Shown here piece after piece: positions 1 to 8,052 of a stretch of 33,901 nt of DNA. Source of the DNA: Nitrososphaerota archaeon (lineage in GTDB: Archaea > Thermoproteota > Nitrososphaeria > Nitrososphaerales > UBA57); contig JACPBJ010000064.1 in the NCBI GenBank assembly GCA_016180375.1, positions 1 through 33,901 on the forward strand. Direction: 5' to 3'. The position numbers and the translations under genes are program-made. The notes under the pieces are model-generated. The model saw nothing but the letters and a program-made list of their open reading frames with translations, was not told the DNA's origin and did no database searches. The first letter of the stretch is position 1. Every line of letters begins with the position of its first letter.

Positions 1-2
1 CT

Positions 3-1472
3 GATAGTCCTGAAGTATTTCTGGCAAGAATATGGTGGGGAAACATTTTTGGTTTCCCGATTCAAATGATACTGATCTACCACTTCACACTCAGATTTGT
101 TAGCTCGCGGTTCAGTAAGTCGCAGTTTTATACGCTTCTAGGGGCGTACGCATATTGGCTCTTTTGGTGGGGCGCGCTAGTCTTTGATCAAACTTTAGTC
201 CTTGGAACGCCGCGACTCACATCAACTGGGTGGATAGGGGGTCAGGGATCATTAACCCCATACCTGAGCCCAAGTGGAATAGGCCTCATATATGTCGCTA
301 TTGACATTTTGATTTTCATAGCACTATTCAGGTATTACCGCTCACGAAAATCGCCGCTGGTAAAACAGCAGATACGTTACGTTTCTCTTGGGATTATCCT
401 ACTTAGTGTGGCTTATTACACATTTGGTTTAGCCAGATACTTAGGGGGTAGCAATCTAGTTCCGTATATGGATCCTGTGGCAAAGACAGTTCTACTGCTG
501 GGCCTCAGAAAACATGGATTCTTCTCCATTACACCGGAGGCTGAAATACAATCCGAAGTGCCGTTAAGGTTCAACCTAGCCCAAGGATCTGCGTATCTGG
601 CCTTTGAACCCGAACCAAAATATTCCTTCGAAGTCTTTTCCAATTTGGCTCTAAACGGCCATTTAGGACTATGCGTAACTCGATCTCCTCCCGATAACAT
701 TCGTGCAACTTACAGGTTGAAGACAACACCTATTCTATGGCTAACTGAAGAGAAGAGCGATAACGCAGTTGCCCCTTCTGATCTGCACGGAATTCTAGTA
801 ACTGTCAAAGCCTTCTTACAAAAAGCGGAGCGCTCTGTCATAATGCTACATGGATTAGAGTATCTAATTTCGATTAATGGGTTCAAACCCGTATTGAGAT
901 TAATAGTAAGATTGAATGATCTTGTCCTGCATAAGAATGGTATTCTACTACTACCCGTAGTACCAGGTACCATGAATGAGAAACAGCAGACATTTTTGAG
1001 TGCAGAATGTCCCTCGTTGCAGAGATTAGAACTCTCAGAGACCGGAGAAACTGTCACCTCTCCATTCCAGCCTAGACAAGAACTCCATCCGCTTTTGGCA
1101 AATGCACCGTTACCTGCTGAAGCGCATGTACAAGAACCATTACAGTTCAAGAGAGAAGATGCAGAAAAGGCATTCCGCTACCTAGCCAAAGCATTTCTAG
1201 CAGATTACACCGTCAACAGAGTATCCATAGACTCAGCAGGATGGAGAACATCATTAGAAATTGCAGAGGAAACAAAACTTCCTGCGTACAGGATGTATGG
1301 TAAGGGAGGACAAACAGGATCAGCTCTGGTAGAGTTATTCAAGCGAGGATTGGTAGAAACCAGATACTTCCCGGGCCAAAGAGGAAGAGGAGGAACGGTC
1401 ATGAAAATAAGGGTCAACTATGCCAACCCATATGTAAAGGAAGAACTAGATAGAATAGCAAAACAACCGTAA
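3..1472 (+). CDS. Multi-pass membrane protein with DUF835-like cytoplasmic domain and a C-terminal winged-helix-like tail; possibly truncated at the window edge
   Basis: ORF 66..1472, but the frame stays open back to nt 3 (DSPEVFLARIWWGNIFGFPIQ precedes the Met). Hydrophobic N-terminal third. The central block GLCVTRSPP..ILWLTE..VIMLHGLEYLISINGF matches my memory of archaeal DUF835 (PF05763). The C-terminal SLEIAEETKLP..LVELFKRGLVE..GGTVMKIRV looks like a wHTH. Confidence 0.6.
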   Translation, partial: DSPEVFLARIWWGNIFGFPIQMILIYHFTLRFVSSRFSKSQFYTLLGAYAYWLFWWGALVFDQTLVLGTPRLTSTGWIGGQGSLTPYLSPSGIGLIYVAIDILIFIALFRYYRSRKSPLVKQQIRYVSLGIILLSVAYYTFGLARYLGGSNLVPYMDPVAKTVLLLGLRKHGFFSITPEAEIQSEVPLRFNLAQGSAYLAFEPEPKYSFEVFSNLALNGHLGLCVTRSPPDNIRATYRLKTTPILWLTEEKSDNAVAPSDLHGILVTVKAFLQKAERSVIMLHGLEYLISINGFKPVLRLIVRLNDLVLHKNGILLLPVVPGTMNEKQQTFLSAECPSLQRLELSETGETVTSPFQPRQELHPLLANAPLPAEAHVQEPLQFKREDAEKAFRYLAKAFLADYTVNRVSIDSAGWRTSLEIAEETKLPAYRMYGKGGQTGSALVELFKRGLVETRYFPGQRGRGGTVMKIRVNYANPYVKEELDRIAKQP

Positions 1473-1585
1473 AAGCCTAACAAAGATTATGAATTACTGA
1501 ACTGCCGTCATGAATAATGCAGAGTATTAATTTACAATTACTTTATCGATCTCTGCAAATTCTTCTTCCACTTCATCATTATTTG

Positions 1586-1668
1586 CTTTATATAGGGGGG
1601 AGGGGCTAATTTTACACAGGGGCACGCCATCCATTATACTAAGATGCTATTCTTTGCAAATTTGAGCT
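1586..1668 (+). repeat. Intergenic repeat family, copy D (modules a-b-c)
   Basis: CTTTATAT(1586-1593)...CAGGGGCACGCC(1617-1628)...ATCCATTATACTAAG...CTTTGCAAAT(1652-1661). Aligns with copies B and C. Confidence 0.5.
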
Positions 1669-1741
1669 AACAGGTTTATCCCAATGATGCAACAAAACAC
1701 GACAATAAATCTTAAGAGCATGGAAGAATGCAATAGTCTTG

Positions 1742-2125
1742 ATGGCCAGCGAGCCCGACGGTGAAGGAACCCCGCGTAATCTCTCCGAAGACAGGCTAAG
1801 GGGAGCCGGAAAGCTCGAAACCAAGGAGAAGTTCGGGAAACTTTACCTTCGCCTTATGGGAAGTTTCAAATCTCTGAAGGCGATGGAAGGCAAGGCTTAC
1901 TCCGAGTTTGTTGGTTCAAAGAGCTCTCTTGATGTCGATGCATTAAGCGACCTTATAGACATTGATTCAGAACTTGCCACGATTCTTTTCCGCATGTCCA
2001 GCTGGCTTTCAAAACACAGAAATCTTCCGGTAATCGCTGATAGCGATGTAGCACTGCTGAGCGAAATGGTAGACTTGCTTCAGGACAACGTAAAAAGAAG
2101 GGAAAATATGGTACAGAAAAAATAA
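1742..2125 (+). CDS. Hypothetical protein, predicted helical, no recognisable family
   Basis: ORF 1739..2125 with ATG at 1742. Not shadowed by a larger ORF on the other strand. Followed by a hairpin shared with the convergent TFB gene. Confidence 0.4.
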   Translation: MASEPDGEGTPRNLSEDRLRGAGKLETKEKFGKLYLRLMGSFKSLKAMEGKAYSEFVGSKSSLDVDALSDLIDIDSELATILFRMSSWLSKHRNLPVIADSDVALLSEMVDLLQDNVKRRENMVQKK

Positions 2126-2130
2126 AAGAT

Positions 2131-2159
2131 AGAAAGGAAGTTTTTGGACTTCTCTTTCT
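2131..2159. terminator. Imperfect inverted repeat between convergent genes (AGAAAGGAAGT-TTTTGG-ACTTCTCTTTCT)
   Basis: Seen directly. Lies between the stop of ORF 1742..2125 (TAA 2123-2125) and the stop of TFB (2158-2160). T5 run in the loop. Confidence 0.3.
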
Positions 2160-3096
2160 ACAGCTTCAGAGCTGCTTTCAGTCCTTTGTATCTGTTCCTG
2201 ATTGTAACTTCAGTTACGCCTGCAGCCTCAGCAACGTCCTTCTGCGTCTTGTTCTCTCCTTCCAATACGCATGCTACGTAGAGTGCAGCTGCGGCCAGAC
2301 CCATAGGATCCTTTCCTGCCGATGTTCTTGTTTCTTCAGCCTTCTTAAGTATCAGAAGAGCTCTCCTCTTTGTCTTCTCTGACAGACCCGCCTTACTTGC
2401 AATTCTGGAAACACATTTTGTTGGGTCTACGACTGGCATCCTGAGATCCATTTCTCTGAGGAGCAATCTATAGCATCTTGCAATGTCCTTCTTCTTGACG
2501 TTGCTTGCAGCGGCAACATCCTTCAGGGTCCTCGGGGTCATCGTGTCCCTACAAGCCGCGTATAGTGAAGCAGATATCAGTGCAGAGATTGATCTCCCTC
2601 TGACAAGGCCTCTCTCCAAAGCCTTCCTGTAAATGTACGCAGCCTTCTCTATTACTGCATCGCTAACATTGAGCTTGTCAGCAAGCCTATCAAGTTCACT
2701 GAAAGCGGTTCTTAGGTTTCTGTCAACGGGCTCATGAACTTGGCTGCGACCGTCCCATGTCCTCAGCCTTTCAATGGTCGCCTTGATCGAGGATGGAAGT
2801 GACTTTCCAGAAGCATCCCTGTCTTCTACTCCAATAACTGTCGCAAGGCCCATATCATGCATGGCCAGCGAAGCTGGAATACCTGTTCTGCTCCTATCGT
2901 CCTTCTCTTCCTTTGAGAATGCCCTCCATTCAGGGCCTACTTCTTCGATCTTTTCTCTGACTACATAGCCGCAGTTGCTACAGAAGAGCTCTCCGCCACC
3001 AGTATCCACTACCATTGGTCCCCTTCCGCATCTGGGACACCTGTCTACTGATCTGTGCAGCTCAAAGAGTTTACCCAAGTTTTTCTCTGTGGACAA
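2158..3096 (-). CDS. tfb: Transcription initiation factor B (TFB/TFIIB)
   Basis: N-terminal Zn ribbon CPRCG..CSNCG followed by two cyclin-like repeats typical of TFB. Only a TTG start is available: in-frame TAA 6 codons upstream, no ATG before the Zn ribbon. Confidence 0.95.
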   Translation of the reverse strand: MSTEKNLGKLFELHRSVDRCPRCGRGPMVVDTGGGELFCSNCGYVVREKIEEVGPEWRAFSKEEKDDRSRTGIPASLAMHDMGLATVIGVEDRDASGKSLPSSIKATIERLRTWDGRSQVHEPVDRNLRTAFSELDRLADKLNVSDAVIEKAAYIYRKALERGLVRGRSISALISASLYAACRDTMTPRTLKDVAAASNVKKKDIARCYRLLLREMDLRMPVVDPTKCVSRIASKAGLSEKTKRRALLILKKAEETRTSAGKDPMGLAAAALYVACVLEGENKTQKDVAEAAGVTEVTIRNRYKGLKAALKL

Positions 3097-3267
3097 TTTT
3101 TCACCACAAACCTTTTATCTTCGCAATGAAGAAATGTTAGATGTTACTTATAAATGTTTTGCCATGCTGTCTTTGTGCGTCTTTTGGAGTCTACGTGCTA
3201 ACTATTTTAAATGAGCCATAAATCTGCTTCGCTGGAACGCAAATAGATGCTGGGCTTGGTGCGTTGA

Positions 3268-4611
3268 TTGAGCAAGGAAATTGGCATAACGGCAAAAAGA
3301 GCAGAGAACTTCTCGGATTGGTACGTCCAAGTAGTCATCAAAGCTGGCTTGGCAGATTACGCTGCCACAAAGGGCTTCATCGTTCTTAGACCCTATGGTT
3401 ACGCTATTTGGGAAAGGATACAGAAGTTCATTGATCACAATCTAAAGAAGAGCGGGCACCAGAACGCATATTTCCCGGTGCTAATCCCTGAAAGCCTTCT
3501 TAGCAAAGAAGCCGAACACTTTGCCGGCTTTGTACCTGAGGTATTCTGGGTAACTCAAGCAGGAAACAACCCTATAGGTGAGAGACTCGCAACAAGACCT
3601 ACCTCAGAAACTATTGCCTATGCTTCATTTGGTAAGTGGATAAGAAGTTGGAGGGATCTCCCTCTGTTGCTTAACTTCTGGAACTCGGTGCTCAGGGCTG
3701 AGATTAAAGCGACCAGACCGTTCATCAGAACTTCTGAATTTCTCTGGCAGGAGGGCCACACGGTCCACGCTACGGAAGAGGAGGCAGATGCTGAGGTTAT
3801 GATGATCGCACAATTGTATAGGAGGCTCATGGAAGATATTCTTGCGATTCCCGTCGAAATCGGCTACAAGAGTGATAAAGAGAAGTTCGTCGGAGCTCTC
3901 TATACTATCTCATTAGAAGCGATGATGCCGGATGGCAAGGCGCTTCAGATGGGAACATCACACAACCTCGGACAGAACTTTTCTAAGCCATTTGAGATTA
4001 GGTTCTTGGGCAAGGATGGCCAAGAGCATTATGCTTGGCAGGCCTCTTGGGGGATTTCATGGAGGCTTATTGGAGCAACTGTAATGATACATGGAGACGA
4101 CGAAGTTTTCACATCACTTACAGCGCAGAAGATGAGGGTCTATGTTGACTCAAGAGAGCAGTATACTCCAGGCTGGAAGTTCAACGAATGGGAGATGAAA
4201 GGAGTACCAATTCGGATCGAAATAGGACCCAGAGACATCGAGAAGGGACAGCTCACTGTAGTAAGAAGGGATACTGCGGAGAAGTCTTTCATCAAAATAG
4301 ATAATACTGCTCCAGAAATCAAGAAACTCTTGGTCCAGATACAGAAGAATCTCTCTGAAAAGGCTAAAGGGTTGCTTGCGTCGAAGACAAAGACTGCAAA
4401 TTCTTATGGTGAGCTGAAGAATTACGTTGAAGCTGATGCAGGGTTCGTAAAAGCCCCTTGGTGCGGAAAGAAAGAATGTGAGGAGCAGGTAAAGGAAGAG
4501 ACAGGAGCTGACATCAGGCTTATTCCACTAGAAGGAGAAAAGCCAGCACCAAGATGCATGGTTTGTGGTGAAAACGCGATACATATGGTGTATTTCGCGA
4601 GGGCATACTAA
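3268..4611 (+). CDS. proS: Prolyl-tRNA synthetase, archaeal/eukaryotic type, with a shortened anticodon-binding domain
   Basis: Motifs AYFPVLIPE, RPTSET, RAEIKATRPFIRTSEFLWQEGH, GTSHNLGQNFSK. C-terminal Zn domain CGKKECE..CMVCG and terminal Tyr. TTG start immediately after an in-frame TGA. Confidence 0.9.
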   Translation: MSKEIGITAKRAENFSDWYVQVVIKAGLADYAATKGFIVLRPYGYAIWERIQKFIDHNLKKSGHQNAYFPVLIPESLLSKEAEHFAGFVPEVFWVTQAGNNPIGERLATRPTSETIAYASFGKWIRSWRDLPLLLNFWNSVLRAEIKATRPFIRTSEFLWQEGHTVHATEEEADAEVMMIAQLYRRLMEDILAIPVEIGYKSDKEKFVGALYTISLEAMMPDGKALQMGTSHNLGQNFSKPFEIRFLGKDGQEHYAWQASWGISWRLIGATVMIHGDDEVFTSLTAQKMRVYVDSREQYTPGWKFNEWEMKGVPIRIEIGPRDIEKGQLTVVRRDTAEKSFIKIDNTAPEIKKLLVQIQKNLSEKAKGLLASKTKTANSYGELKNYVEADAGFVKAPWCGKKECEEQVKEETGADIRLIPLEGEKPAPRCMVCGENAIHMVYFARAY

Positions 4612-4623
4612 CAAGGTCTCCCT

Positions 4624-5253
4624 TTGAACATCATAGATCTTCAATTTTTACTGGATCTAGCCAAGGCATACATTGATCAATACGGTTTCTCTGCAATATT
4701 CGCCATCAGCCTTCTATCAAGCCTGATAGTCTTCGTTCCAATTCCGTATTTCGTTCCTCTTGCAGTCGCAGCACTACAACTTGACCCGACTCTGGTCGCG
4801 CTTACCTCAACAATAGGTGCCGTAATTGCGAAAGTGATCATATTCAGGATCAGCTATTACGGAGGGAAGATTGCAAATGACAAAACTAGGAAGCGAATGC
4901 GACCTTTCGAAATCTTGGTTTCAAGATACGGCTGGTTGGCCAGTTTCTTGGCCGCAGCAACTCCGATTCCAGATGATTTGATTTACATACCACTCGGCTT
5001 CGTGCGGTATAGCCTTTGGAAGTTTACGGTCTCGCTCTTTGCGGGTAAGTTCTTGCTGACATTTGCTATGGCATGGGGTTCTAGGCTTTCGTTTCCTTAT
5101 GTACAATTGCTGATAGATCAGGTAAGGGACCCATTCTTGGCACTTTTGGTAACAACAGGATTCATAGCAGGCTCGACTATAATCATACTGGCAATAATCA
5201 AGTTGAACTGGGAGAAACTTCTGGCCAGATGGATCTCTGAAGAGAAAGATTAG
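4624..5253 (+). CDS. DedA/VTT (SNARE-associated) family membrane protein
   Basis: About 5 TM segments. N-terminal YGFSAIFAISLLSS..VPIPYF and central PIPDDLIYIPLG resemble the DedA/VTT core. Non-ATG (TTG) start. Confidence 0.7.
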   Translation: MNIIDLQFLLDLAKAYIDQYGFSAIFAISLLSSLIVFVPIPYFVPLAVAALQLDPTLVALTSTIGAVIAKVIIFRISYYGGKIANDKTRKRMRPFEILVSRYGWLASFLAAATPIPDDLIYIPLGFVRYSLWKFTVSLFAGKFLLTFAMAWGSRLSFPYVQLLIDQVRDPFLALLVTTGFIAGSTIIILAIIKLNWEKLLARWISEEKD

Positions 5254-5263
5254 GTGTGAATGG

Positions 5264-6532
5264 TTGAGAGTGATAGGAGATTTTCATATACATTCCAAGT
5301 TTAGCAGGGCTACAAGTCCTAATCTCGATCTTAAGAGCCTCTCTGCAAGTGCAAAGATCAAGGGATTAAACCTGCTTGGAACTGGTGACATAACCCATCC
5401 CAAGTGGTTCGCCGAAGTTTCGAAAGAACTTGAAGTAGATACTTCAGGTTTCTACAAACTGAAAAATAGGGAAAATTCCCTTAAATTTGTTCCTACCACA
5501 GAGGTAGCAACAATCTTCGAAAAAGGTGGAAAATCTCGTAAGGTTCATCATTGCATAATTCTGCCAAATCTGGAAGTCGCAGAACAACTTTCAGATTCCA
5601 TCGGTAATAGCGGAAACTTGGAGTCAGATGGCAGACCAACTCTAAACATGACCGCGGCGGAGTTGGTTGAAACTGTTAAGAGACTTTCAGACGATGCCGA
5701 AGTATATCCGGCTCATGCTTGGACGCCTTGGTGGAGCGTTTTTGGTGCAAATTTTGGCTTTGATTCTCTTGACGAATGCTACGAGGACTATTCATCAAAA
5801 ATCAATGCGCTTGAAACTGGACTTTCGAGCGACCCTCCGATGAACTGGCGTCTTAGCAGTCTTGACAGGTTAACACTGCTTTCCAACAGCGACTGCCACT
5901 CTGCTTATCCATACAGATTGGGGAGGGAAGCCAACATTCTGGAACTTGGAGAATTCGACTACCCGAGCCTTCTAGATGCTATAAGAAGGAAGGGCTCAAG
6001 CAGAATCATTGCGACGATAGAAACTAAGCCGGAATACGGCAAATACCATTGGACAGGGCACCGGAATTGTGAAGTTTCCTTTCCCGCAGAGGAATCAAGA
6101 AAGCTTGGAGGTAGGTGTCCAAAATGCGGAAGGAAGTTGACCCGAGGAGTTGAGGAGAGGGCTCTAGAGCTCGCAGACAGGGAAAAGGGCTTCAAACCCA
6201 CAACTGCCGCCGATTACGTATACGCTTATCCTCTGCAGGAGTTAATTGCTGTCGTAGTTGATGAACAAAATCCTCTTTCCAAGAAAGTTCAACAGGTTTA
6301 CGACAAGGCTATTGCAGCTTTCGGCAACGAATTTAATATAACCCTGAGTGCTCCTATTGAAGCTCTGAAAGAGGTTCTTGGCAAGGAGATCGCCTCGCTT
6401 ATCAAAGCAGTTAGAGATGATACTGCTAAGGTAATTGCTGGCTACGACGGTGTTTATGGTAGACTAAAAATGAGTAATGATGAAGAGGAGAAAAGACTCC
6501 CAGCTAAAATAGGGCTGGATTACTGGACATAG
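5264..6532 (+). CDS. Endonuclease Q-like PHP-domain nuclease (deaminated-base repair)
   Basis: Collinear with my memory of Pyrococcus furiosus EndoQ: GDFHIHSKFSRA, GLNLLGTGD, ESDGRPTLNMTAAEL, AHAWTPW, LETGLSSD, SNSDCHS..RLGREAN, GKYHWTGH, Zn finger CPKCGRKLTRGVEER. Confidence 0.8.
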   Translation: MRVIGDFHIHSKFSRATSPNLDLKSLSASAKIKGLNLLGTGDITHPKWFAEVSKELEVDTSGFYKLKNRENSLKFVPTTEVATIFEKGGKSRKVHHCIILPNLEVAEQLSDSIGNSGNLESDGRPTLNMTAAELVETVKRLSDDAEVYPAHAWTPWWSVFGANFGFDSLDECYEDYSSKINALETGLSSDPPMNWRLSSLDRLTLLSNSDCHSAYPYRLGREANILELGEFDYPSLLDAIRRKGSSRIIATIETKPEYGKYHWTGHRNCEVSFPAEESRKLGGRCPKCGRKLTRGVEERALELADREKGFKPTTAADYVYAYPLQELIAVVVDEQNPLSKKVQQVYDKAIAAFGNEFNITLSAPIEALKEVLGKEIASLIKAVRDDTAKVIAGYDGVYGRLKMSNDEEEKRLPAKIGLDYWT

Positions 6533-6539
6533 ATGAAAT

Positions 6540-7358
6540 ATGTCTGCATTAAAGAAACTGCTTGCCAAGAAGGCCTTCATTTTTGACGTAGAAGGTGTAT
6601 TATGCGACGAAATTGACGATGGCAAACCTCTCCCTTCCGCAATTTCCTTTGTCAAGAACCTTAAGGAAAGAGGGAAAAAGGTTGCAGTACTTTCTAACAT
6701 CTCAAGGAAGCCCAGAGCCGTCGTATCTTCAAGGATAAGGGAGATGGGCTTTCCATTTCAAGAAGATATGGTATTCACAGCAGGAGCTACTGCTGGTCTC
6801 TATGTAAAGAACAATTATCCTCACGCAAAGTGCTTCGTCATAAGTGAATGGGGACTCAGGACTGACCTCGAAAAACAGGGCATAACCCTTGTCAACGAGG
6901 GGGATGCAGATCTGGTCTTGATAGGCGTCGATAGGCGAGTGACATATGCAGAGCTGAACCACGCCGCCAAACTCGTTCTCAACGGTGCCAAGATCATTTG
7001 TATTGGAACGACGATGATGTTCAAGGGAACCTTTCTGGGCAATGAAGATATGTTTCTTGGAGAGGCTCCATTCGCAAACGCAATTTCGATTGCAACCAAA
7101 GCACCCATAACTTACATTGGAAAGCCATACCCTGCAATTTTCCGTCAAGCAGTTTCCAGCATGAAGGTTAAGCCTAAAGAGGCTGTTATGATAGGAGATA
7201 CACTCGCGTCTGACATAGAGGGAGCAAATTCGGCAGGGATAGACAGTTTATTCCTCACAAAGGGTAACAAGGGAGAGTTAAAGAAAATAGCAAAAGAGGA
7301 GAAACCAACTCTTGTTGCAAAAGACCTAAAGAAACTGAATGATATTCTGTTTGGATAG
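6540..7358 (+). CDS. HAD-superfamily hydrolase, subfamily IIA (NagD-like sugar phosphatase)
   Basis: Motif I FIFDVEGVL, motif II VLSN, C-terminal GKP...MIGDTLASDIEGANSAG typical of HAD-IIA. Confidence 0.8.
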   Translation: MSALKKLLAKKAFIFDVEGVLCDEIDDGKPLPSAISFVKNLKERGKKVAVLSNISRKPRAVVSSRIREMGFPFQEDMVFTAGATAGLYVKNNYPHAKCFVISEWGLRTDLEKQGITLVNEGDADLVLIGVDRRVTYAELNHAAKLVLNGAKIICIGTTMMFKGTFLGNEDMFLGEAPFANAISIATKAPITYIGKPYPAIFRQAVSSMKVKPKEAVMIGDTLASDIEGANSAGIDSLFLTKGNKGELKKIAKEEKPTLVAKDLKKLNDILFG

Positions 7359-7385
7359 AAATTAAAGAATCTTTTTCTGCAGTTT

Positions 7386-8012
7386 TTACACGGTCTTCCT
7401 TTCAAATAACTTTCGATTTGTATAGATTATCAGCACTAGCCCTAATATCAGCAGGACAGTTGCACCTGCAGCGCGTATTTCGAATGCTATCGAACCTCCG
7501 CTGCCTACAAAATACACGATGGGAGCCGCCAGAAGCAGAATTATAGACAGGGCAGTTGGGGCTGCGGATTTGCCTACATTCCTAATTCTCACCGGAACCA
7601 CAATGAGAAATGAAAGGAATACCAATAGTGCTGAGTAAAGTATTGGGTATCTTCCTGTCAAGAAGGTACCCAAATAAACCGGCAGAGATGCGCTGCGAAT
7701 AGCTACCAAAGCAGCTGCAAGCGACAGTATCAATGTGACTATCGCTAGCCTTTGCATCCTTCTTGCATTCTCATCCAGCTTCCTGCTCCTTACGTCCGGA
7801 GAACTATAATACAACTCGATCAATGTTCCAGCACAGACAGCAACAACAGCAATCAAGAACACAATCGAATTGCTCGTTACAGCAACGTAGGTTTCGGCAC
7901 TAAACGCAGAAGATGTCACTGCGACATAAGTTGCAAAGGCTCCGCTAACAATTATCGGGAGGATGAACAGCAAAAACGATGCATCCTCTATGGAGCTGCT
8001 TTTGGTTTCCAT
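7386..8012 (-). CDS. Hypothetical integral membrane protein (about 6 TM)
   Basis: Long ORF, almost entirely hydrophobic segments, no recognisable motif. Confidence 0.5.
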   Translation of the reverse strand: METKSSSIEDASFLLFILPIIVSGAFATYVAVTSSAFSAETYVAVTSNSIVFLIAVVAVCAGTLIELYYSSPDVRSRKLDENARRMQRLAIVTLILSLAAALVAIRSASLPVYLGTFLTGRYPILYSALLVFLSFLIVVPVRIRNVGKSAAPTALSIILLLAAPIVYFVGSGGSIAFEIRAAGATVLLILGLVLIIYTNRKLFERKTV

Positions 8013-8052
8013 TCTTCATCAGTTCCGAAAGTCAAGGGTTCTTTAACTTTGC

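Noticed and set aside
1595-1622. Possible G-quadruplex in repeat copy D (GGGGGGAGGGG ... GGGG)
   Set aside because: Only three separated G-runs are present. A fourth run would require splitting G6 with a zero-length loop. The feature is not conserved in other copies.
1644-1670. 8-codon uORFs inside repeat copies D (1644-1670, MLFFANLS) and A (16818-16844, MHVCVLCK), both ending near the shared CTTTGCAAAT
   Set aside because: The two read the shared CTTTGCAAAT in different frames and encode unrelated peptides. Copies B, C and E have no equivalent ATG.
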